Shown here piece by piece: positions 55,531 to 64,000 of a stretch of 64,000 bases of DNA. Each line of letters opens with the position of its first letter. Positions within the stretch are counted from its first letter, which is position 1. The DNA comes from Lama glama. Its lineage: Eukaryota. The notes under the pieces are model-generated. The model did no database searches. It had not been told where the DNA came from and worked only from the letters and a program-made list of their open reading frames with translations. Both the position numbers and the translations under genes were made by a program. Where the stretch lies: positions 12,340,001 through 12,404,000 of the forward strand of contig CM052832.1 in NCBI GenBank assembly GCA_028534125.1. Reading direction: 5' to 3'.

Positions 55531-56010
55531 TAAAGATAAAATCTTGAAGACAATTGAAAGAAAAAAAGACAAGCTTAAGAGCAAGATAAGAATTTCAGCA
55601 AACGTTCCCATCTGAAACTATAAAACCAGAAGAAAATGGAGCAAACTGTTCACACGTGCTGAAAAAAAAGTCAACCCAGAATTCTAAACCCAGGGAAATA
55701 TATTTTAAAAATTAAGGACGACTTTCTCATTCTCACACATACAAAAGGCAAAAGAATTTACTGCTAGAAGACCCGTGTAACAAGAAATGTTAAAAACAAG
55801 TTCACCTCAGAGAGAAGGAATCTAACATCAGATAGAAACTTGGATCTTCAAATAGAAATGAAGGACACTATAGAATAATTTAAGGTAAACAATGTTTTCC
55901 CTATTTGTATTTGCTCCAATAGATAGATGCCTGCTTAAAGCAAAAACAGTACTGATGTATTAGGTATTTACAAGCATACGTAGAAGTAAAACATATAACA
56001 ACAATTTACC
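55230..56010 (+). mobile_element. Degenerate L1 ORF1-region fragment
   Basis: aattttccaaaattaatgacacc...ggaagctcagaaaac...gataaaatcttgaag...aaagtcaacccagaattctaaacccagggaaata. Confidence 0.7.
55483..55528. repeat. (AC)n microsatellite, about 23 perfect units
   Basis: Seen directly. Confidence 0.95.
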
Positions 56011-57194
56011 CTCCTCCTGGAAATGTATAAAGACTCCTGTTGCTCTACATCCTAACCAACACTTCATACTTGCTTTGTACTTCCCTGATGATTAAAAGTT
56101 CTAAGCATCTTCATATGCTTACTGACCAGTTGGATATCCCCTTTTGTAAAGTATCCAATTTCTGCCTATTTACTACCTACAGAATTCTTTTTATAGGGGG
56201 GTGTCTTCTTTTATTATTAATATGTAGGGATTCTTTATGTATTCTAGATATGAGTCCTTACTTTAGTCATTGCCTGAAGGATGACAACCAATTACAACCA
56301 TAAGTACTGTACACTATTTAAAGAAGACTATACACTGTCTAAAGAAGATGAGTAAAGAACTCAATGGCTTCTTCTATAAACTCTAATTTTCTCAAGGCAG
56401 GAGTTAAGATAAAACTGAAATAGCTAACCAGGCTCAAGACTGAAGATTTGAGTCCTACTGACGTCCCAGTTCCTCCACTAGCTATTAAGGAGGGCTCAAC
56501 CAAGATAGTCAAGAGAAACAGTTCTGTCTGCTGTGAGAGTAAAGCTCAACCACATGAAAATGCATCTAACCAGAGGTAATTAAAACAATTCCTTACAAGC
56601 AAAAAATAGACCCTTATTTAGAGTGATCTGTTCTGCCTCATAGTTCTTCATAAAGAAAGGCAAGTCATCTAGCTACATTCTATAATGGAATTCTGCATGG
56701 AATGCATGAAATGTATCCATGATAAACCAGAAGCTACGTCAAATCTCACAGCATCACTTTGAGGTAAGGTGAAAAGCTGCAGCTTGGAATTTATTCACTG
56801 GCACATTAACTTTATTTTGCTGCCATACTGTTGAGGTCAGTTAAGTGGTTTCTTTACTACCTTAGATAGCACTTCAGGTCAGACAAGCTTTAGGTGCAAT
56901 GGGACATCACCTTCTGAACCTAATAAAGCAGTTGTCTGAGAAAATTAACTGAGAAAAAAAGACATCCTGACTAGACAATAAATGCAAGCATGGAATATGG
57001 ACCACTGTGCATTCAAATTATAGTTTCCTAACCAGGGATGAGGTTTAAAAAAAAGAGAAAAGAGTATTTTTCAAAAATTGTACAGAAAATCTGGTGTAAT
57101 GTTTACCTAAAACTCCCTTAATTTACACATAGACATTTAGGTCCCACAAACCCTACCTAAAATTTATATTGGAGGCTAGAGATCTACATTTTCT

Positions 57195-57424
57195 TTTCTT
57201 TTTTCTTTTTTTGTTTTACATTTTTTTATTGAGTTATAGTCATTTTACAATGTTGTGTCAAATTGCAGTGTAGAGCACAATTTTTCAGTTATACATGAAC
57301 ATACATATATTCATTGTCGCAATTTTTTTTGCTGTGAGCTATCACAAGATCTTGTGTATATTTCCCTGTGCTATACAGTATAATCTTGTTTATCTATTCT
57401 GCATATGCCTGTCAGTATCTACCT
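57195..57424 (-). mobile_element. Young 5'-truncated L1 3' end (lineage-specific)
   Basis: T-rich tail, then ttttattgagttatagtcattttacaatgttgtgtc.... Perfect 16-bp TSD gagatctacattttct at 57179-57194 and 57425-57440. Confidence 0.92.
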
Positions 57425-59302
57425 GAGATCTACATTTTCTAATTCACATACGCTGTTACTTTGTCAAAAAAAAAGTATGCCACATAACTGTGCTTTTAAG
57501 TCTAAATTTCAGTAGGAGGCACAAACTAAAGAAAAGAGAAAAGGAAAGAGAGACTCAGCCTGCTGCTGGTCTTGATGGTATTGCTGCAACATTGGCTAAA
57601 GGGAGGCTCACATAGCTCTAGGAGGTAAGGACCTGAAGACAATTTCTAAACATTCTGTTAGCAAATGTGCTCTCCAAGATGGAGTGACAACTTGGGGAGA
57701 ACAACGCCCTGGGACAGGTTTAAGCCCTGGAAAAAGCAATGTCTTCCCAGTCTCTGCAACAAGAGGCCCGCGTGAAACACAGAGAAAACAAAAGCAGGCT
57801 CCACAGCAGGGGCAGCGGAGCTGCGCCCTCCCTTAGACCGTGACGAGGATGCAGAGATGTTTTGCTGAGTCAGCCTTCCACTCACCCTACCACACCTCCC
57901 ACCCTCCTAAGACATCCAGACTGGTTTCAAAGCCTCTGCTGAGAGCATCAGCCGTTTGTACAAATATTAATATTTTATGCCTACCAAGGCAGCCAGCCGT
58001 GAAGAACAGTTTTTCTTCAAAATTTTGCTTTGATTCCTTGCTACTCTCTCTGAGCTACTGAAAGCTAGGTAAGTTACACAAACACCACTGGGTTTTTCAA
58101 GCCTTAGTACATTCATTAATATTTTATAGATTTAATTCCAAGGCAGCTAAACAATATATTCTATTAAAAATGTTCTACTAAAACAGAGGTACCTTTAGAA
58201 GGGCAAGTTGCTGCCTAAAATATACTTACAGAAGGAAAAGTTAACCTTGGAGAAAAGGTATCTCCATATGCTATTCAAACCTCCTTGGTTCTTTTGAGAA
58301 GGACCTTAAAGATTCCATGAAAATTCGGCACAGGGTTTCTGAATAAGGGCTGAATGAGAATGGACTACTTGTAAACTTCAAGGAAGTAGTTTTAAGAGTC
58401 TACTGAATTTATACTTAGGAGAAATATTTTAAAAGCAGGAGGTAGAAGGACATGGAAGAAAATCACTGTAATCTACTCTTCTAACAATCTCTTACCTTAA
58501 GGGACTAACAGATGTTTGTATTCAATAACACCACTTTGCTTCTGCTCATTAATCATTATCCAGCACTAGAGTTCAAGCCCTTAGAGTCCTGTAGGCCCCC
58601 AAAGGTTTCCCCTCTAGGACTGCGGACTGTGGGAAATGTTTATGAAATGGGACAGGAATTCACTTAGTTCCAAAAGAAAAAAGCCAATAAATCCATTTCT
58701 TATTTTATAAACTTAATCAATCCAAAAAACCTGGATCTGGAATTTCATCTACAAGAGAGAAACTAGTTAATGTGCAGGCAGGAACTAAAATTAAATTTGC
58801 TTTTCAAAGAGAGCACCCACACTTTGAGACGTCTAAGATTTATACTATACACACATATACAATATAAAGAGCTATAACACCTATCACACATATAGATGGG
58901 AGAGGTCCATGGTCAGATTTTAAAAGTATCTTAAGTTCAACTGAAAAGAGGTCCTAAAATAATACAAAAACTAAATGCTTACATAATGTGACGCAGAACT
59001 TCAAAGCTGAGTACGCACACTCTAGTCCTCATATTGTCACCAAGCATTCCTAATGTCTTGTGCGGGTAAACAAAGCCCATGGTCACAGTGCTAAAATAGA
59101 GTGCAAGAGAACTTGCTCTAGGACTTGAGATGGAGAAGTAGGATTCATGAAGAAAAACTGTAACAAATGTGCCACATATAAAATGATCCAGTATAAACTG
59201 AATAAATGAGTTTTTAGGGGACAGAGAGATTACGTGGCTTCCTTTAAGAACAGGATTTTGAAGAAAATCTGGAAAAGGAGTTGTCAATAATTTGTAATTT
59301 AA

Positions 59303-59720
59303 ATTTTTGTGACAGCTTTATTGAGATGTAATCCACATACTTTACAGTTTATCCATTTGAAATACATGATTCAATACATGGTTCAAAATACATTCAGAGT
59401 TGTGCAACCATCACCACAACCAATTTCAGAATATTTTCTGTCACTCCAAAAAGAAACCCTGTTCCCATTAGCAGTGGATCCCACCCCGCCCATTTCTCTC
59501 CAACTTCCCTTCCCATTTCCTCCCCCAGCCCTAGGCAACCACCAACCTACTTTGTTTCTACAGATTTGACTACTCTGAAAATTTCCCATAAACAAAATCA
59601 TACAATACATGGTCTTTTGTGACTGACGGCTTTCACATAGAATAACGTTTTCAGTTTATTCATGTTGTAGCATACATCAGTACTTCGTTCCTTTTTATGG
59701 CTGAATAATATTCCCTGCAT
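59303..59720 (-). mobile_element. Ancient L1 (L1MB-like) 3' end
   Basis: gacagctttattgagatgtaatccacatac...cccccagccctaggcaaccacc...ttcctttttatggctgaataatattcc. Confidence 0.85.
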
Positions 59721-59849
59721 AGGTGAGTTCGGCTAAGTTATTCGTCAGACTCATCTTCTCTTTAAAGGCTTACCGTTTTATAGTCAAAGACATCAGCATT
59801 ATTAAATATTTCATAAGGACAACGCAATGGTGTTTTCATATATAGTTTT

Positions 59850-60400
59850 GTTTATTTTTTATTGAAGTATAATTGATTTACAATGCTTCAGGTATACAGC
59901 TAAGTGACTCTGTTTCATATTCTTTTCAATTTTTTCAGGTTATTTTCCATTACAGGTTATTTCAAGATAGTGAATACAGTTCTCTGTGCTACACAGTATG
60001 TCTTTGTTGTTTATCTATTTTATATATAGCAGTGTGCATCTGTTATACCCAAATCTCAAATTTAGCTTCCCCCTTTCCCCTTTGACAATCATAAGTTTAT
60101 TTTCTATATCTTGAGTCTATTTCTGTTTTGTAAATTAGTTCACTTTTTTTTAGATTCCTCATATAAGTGATATCATATGATATTTGTCTTCCTCTGTCTG
60201 ACTTACTTCACTTAGTATGATAATCTCTAGGTCCTTCCATGTTGCTGCAAATGGCATTATTTCATTCCTTTTTATGGATGAGTAGTATTTCATTTTATAC
60301 ACATACACACACACACACACATCTTTATCCATTCATCTGTTGATGGACATTTAGGTTGCTTTCATGTCTTGGTCATTTTAAGTAGTGCTATCATGAATAC
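59850..60400 (-). mobile_element. L1 3' end
   Basis: ttattgaagtataattgatttacaatg...gacttacttcacttagtatgataatctctaggtcc...catctgttgatggacatttaggttgc. Confidence 0.88.
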
Positions 60401-60921
60401 TTTTTAAGAGTGCAATATTAACTAAAGTTACAAAAAATAAATAAAAGCATTTAGAGAAATTTTCTTCCTCATTTGATGTGCATTGCATGAATACCATATT
60501 TCTTCCTTGACTTGGACATTTTGCCCACTAAAAATGGAAGAAAAATAAATCACCACTTCTAATTAAGAAGTGAAAGCATTATAAGTAATTACAAAAAAAT
60601 GTACTGATGTGACCAAAGGAAGACCTTCACCTCTCCGTAATGATGTCTACTCCTAGAAGTATGTGACTTGTGAATTCCTAGAGGGAAAAAAAAATTTTTC
60701 CCCCAATGCTGCCATGTTTATAGCAATTAACACCCTTGAGTTAGAAAGTAAAACGTATTTCTAAAGCAAAAGAATGTAATACATGAGTCCAGTTTTAAAA
60801 TGTACTAAACTCAACATTGAAATCTGAGAAGAGCATCTCTCAGATGATTATGTAACATGTGACCATGTACCAGATATACTAAAATATTCAACCAAAGGAG
60901 AAATAACAAATAATATGTGTA

Positions 60922-61460
60922 CTTTTTATTGAGGTGAAATTCACGACATAAAATTAACCATTTTAAAGTGAATAATTCAGTGGCATTTAGTACATTTATA
61001 ATGTTGTGTGATCACCATCTCTATTCAGTTCCAAACCATTTTCATTACCCCATTAGGAAATTCTGTCACATTAAGTGGTTGCCCTTCCTTTCCCACTCCC
61101 TGCTGCCCTTGGTAACCACTAATCTGAGTTCTGTCTGTATGGATCTACCTATTCTGTGTACTTCATATAAATGGAATCATACAATAGGTGATTTTTCATA
61201 TGTCTGGTTTCTTTCATTTACAGTAAATGTTTTTGAGGTTCACCCACATTTCTGCATGCATTCCCTTCCATGGATGGATAATATTCCACTGTATGGATGT
61301 ATAATTTGTTTATCCACTCATCCAATGATAAATATATGAACAGTTTCTACATTTTTGCTAATGTAACTAGTGCTGCTATGAACATGAGTGAACATGTACT
61401 TGTTTGAGCATCAGCTTTCAATTCTTTGGGGCATATACAGAAGAATTGCTGGGTCAAACA
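60922..61460 (-). mobile_element. Ancient L1 (L1MB-like) 3' end
   Basis: tttttattgaggtgaaattcac...aattcagtggcatttagtacatttataatgttgtg...ttggtaaccactaatctg. Confidence 0.85.
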
Positions 61461-62925
61461 ATTTATCTTTAAAGAAAGCAATACTGAATACAAATAATGA
61501 ATTCTACAATCTGACTTTTTTCCATAATAATAGAGTAGCTTAAACACCAAGTATTAGAGACCAAACTGAGTAAGCAGGTAGAAACACCACTTAAATTACT
61601 TGAAATAAATCTTTTCAAAAGCTACTTTTACCTTGAAACATTCCAGATTTTTCCAGACAAGTAATGACATTTTTCTCGTGGGTGTATGAAACTGGTCTTG
61701 CATTTGGATATTTTCTTCTTGCCAAAATGAAATACTTCTTCCCTGCCTATGCCAAAAATTCAGATTATAGGCAGTTTAGAGGCAGCACATTCTGGATTTT
61801 CCTTCAGAAGAATTAACTCTCTTTTAAAACACAAAAACTTCCAGTTGTTGTTAAAACACCTAAATAATTGTTACCAATTATACCTCAATCAGACCAATAA
61901 CATTCAATGAAAAAGGAAAGTCTACCTTAAAATACATTTTATACACACATGCATAGCTCCTTCTCCAGAAAGACTTTTTTTCAAGAAAAAATCAGAATGA
62001 TTAATCCTTCCTCAATTCAGTGTTTGGCTAGCTCATCTATGAAAGCCCTTTCTACCTTTATAGATTTGTTGAAAGGTATTACCAACCACTTTTTCCCCTA
62101 GTAAATTAAAAGCTGAGAAATTAAAAAAGGATAGTATATTCTAGTTGGAAATCTGATTCTATTTATTTGCAAAGGATATGCAGGTTCTCTGTCTTTAAAG
62201 CTAAGCCCCCACCCACAACACATATATTTGACTCCTAAGTTTACAAGAGAAAAAACAAAAGCCAAAAACTCAATGTTGATTAGCAGCAGAACTATACTAG
62301 AATCCTGATCTCTTAAATTCCATCTAAGGCTATTTGTAGCAGGTTGTACTGTGCTCTGTAAGATCAAAAGAATGGTAATCCTCAAGTCAAATGTCCTGAA
62401 TTAGTAAAGATTATACATTTCACCTACCTGCTCTTAGATAAATTCTGACCAAATGGCAGAGGAACAGAAAACCACACTGGCTTAAGGGTTTGGAGCACAG
62501 ATAAATTTAGGTCTGAATCTCAGCCTTAATATCTAGTCACATTAGAATTCTATGGGCTTATTTCCTCATGAAGGGGAAGGGGATGGAGCAGGAGTGAATG
62601 TGGTAAGGATTCAGAGAACTTTATAACTCGAACACAGCAAATTCTTAATAAATGGTAGCTGTTGTTAGTAAAAGAGCTACAAAATAAAGAGTTGACTTAT
62701 TTCTGTTGCAGAGATTAGGTAGAAATAATTGCATGTATAAATAGCATCTCCAGGAAGATGCAGAAACGGTACCAAACAATTGCAATGACACTAAAATGAT
62801 GATCAAGCTTTCTGTTGGTGAAATAAAAGCCATTTTCTTTCTTTTTTAAAACCTTTTTGCCTACTTTGAACAAAGGGAAAAACAAAGCAGATGTTGATTT
62901 TAGAAAAGCAGACTACGATTTATAG

Positions 62926-63097
62926 CTGAGCTTCTCAAACTTTAATGTGCATTCAAATACCTTGAGGGTCTTATTAAAATGAAGATTCTGGTTTGTATTT
63001 GGTGGATTCGGGGCAGGGTCCGAAATTCTGCACTTCTATCAAGCTGTAAGGTGATGACAATGCTGCTGGTCTGGAGATCGTACTTTGAATATCATGA
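62926..63097. mobile_element. MER5A-like hAT MITE
   Basis: cttctcaaactttaatgtgcattcaaataccttgagggtcttattaaaatgaagattctg...ggtgatgacaatgctgctggtctggagatcgtactttga. Confidence 0.75.
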
Positions 63098-64000
63098 GTT
63101 TATATATAGGATACCACATTCAAACAACAACAAAAACCTAACTTTGGTTCCAATGCCGGATATTTGATTTCCAAATCACAGGATTAGAACCATGCTGATA
63201 CCATCCTAAGTCTGCTATGCTACACAGACTTACATTTAAGTGTTGATGGTTTCTTAAATACTCATCTAAGCCAGTTCTTCTCTTCCAGGGCACACAATGC
63301 TTCAAAATGGTGCTGGTGTCACTCTCCCTGCCTCACACTGAGGGTCTCAGAAAACAGACGCGCTTGCGATTGAATGAGGAAGCAGGGACTGTCTAGGGCG
63401 GCACTTCTGAGTCAGGGATTCTAAGGTTTTAACAGCAGCCCAACTCAATTTTAGCTTTAATAATTAATGCAATGGGTAAGAGTTAAGGTATTACCTCTAC
63501 CACCACTAATTTTCCACCCTTTCACCTTCAGACATCTGCCCCAAGAGGAGAGATCATGGTACCACAACTTACTCAGAGAAAAGAGAAGAAAACTATTCCT
63601 ACACCAACAGGAGGACAGAAGTGAGAACTTTTAATGTTATATAAGGAAGGTAGTTTTTTCTAACCCCTCTTCCTTTCCGATTCCACCCTACTCTCTCTAG
63701 TCGATGAAAAGTTCTAGTCCTTGGGGGTGTAACTGAAACTTAAAGCTTCCTTGGTATAACCAAGGGAGAAAGAGCTTTGGAATCACTAATTTATATAAAC
63801 AAGATAAGCATTTAGCTATGAAAAGCCTGGTCCATCCTTCTTCCCTGCCACCTCTCTCACCTCCACCTTTCAAAAAAAGGGCACAATAGGCAGACTTAAT
63901 GTTCACTGGCTTTCACACACACACAAAAATCATTAACCTTCTCCACATTACTTATCACTGCAGCTATTGTAATGTTCGCTCTAATCTAACAGATTTTCAT

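Noticed and set aside
1..64000. CRISPR array, operon, defence island, NUMT or other novel multi-gene system
   Set aside because: The sequence is mammalian intron. I saw no regularly spaced repeat-spacer array, no long ORFs, and no mitochondrial or viral coding similarity.

Overview
Mammalian intronic DNA, most likely camelid (alpaca/camel), judging by Vic-1-like tRNA-derived SINEs. The window lies inside the ZFAND3 gene (AN1/A20-type zinc finger protein 3) on the minus strand. Two internal coding exons with canonical AG/GT boundaries are present: 25369-25187 (DFQKKQPDDDSAPSTSNSQSDLFSEETT...SPSKEE) and 6404-6339 (CGPCTDTAHVSLITPTKRSCGT). The rest is intron: about 18.8 kb between the two exons, and the 3' part of a very large upstream intron from 25370 to the window end. 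The introns hold a frameshifted SNRPG processed pseudogene (antisense to ZFAND3), young camelid SINE and L1 insertions with target-site duplications, many ancient L1, L2, MIR, hAT, Tigger and MaLR relics, microsatellites and a 501-N assembly gap. Almost all ORFs in the supplied track are spurious. I found no evidence of a novel multi-gene system. The best leads are an unidentified ~90-bp polyadenylated retro-insertion, the SNRPG retrocopy, sense-oriented young L1 tails and a candidate poison micro-exon. Repeat subfamily names and many repeat boundaries come from recalled consensus sequences and are approximate.
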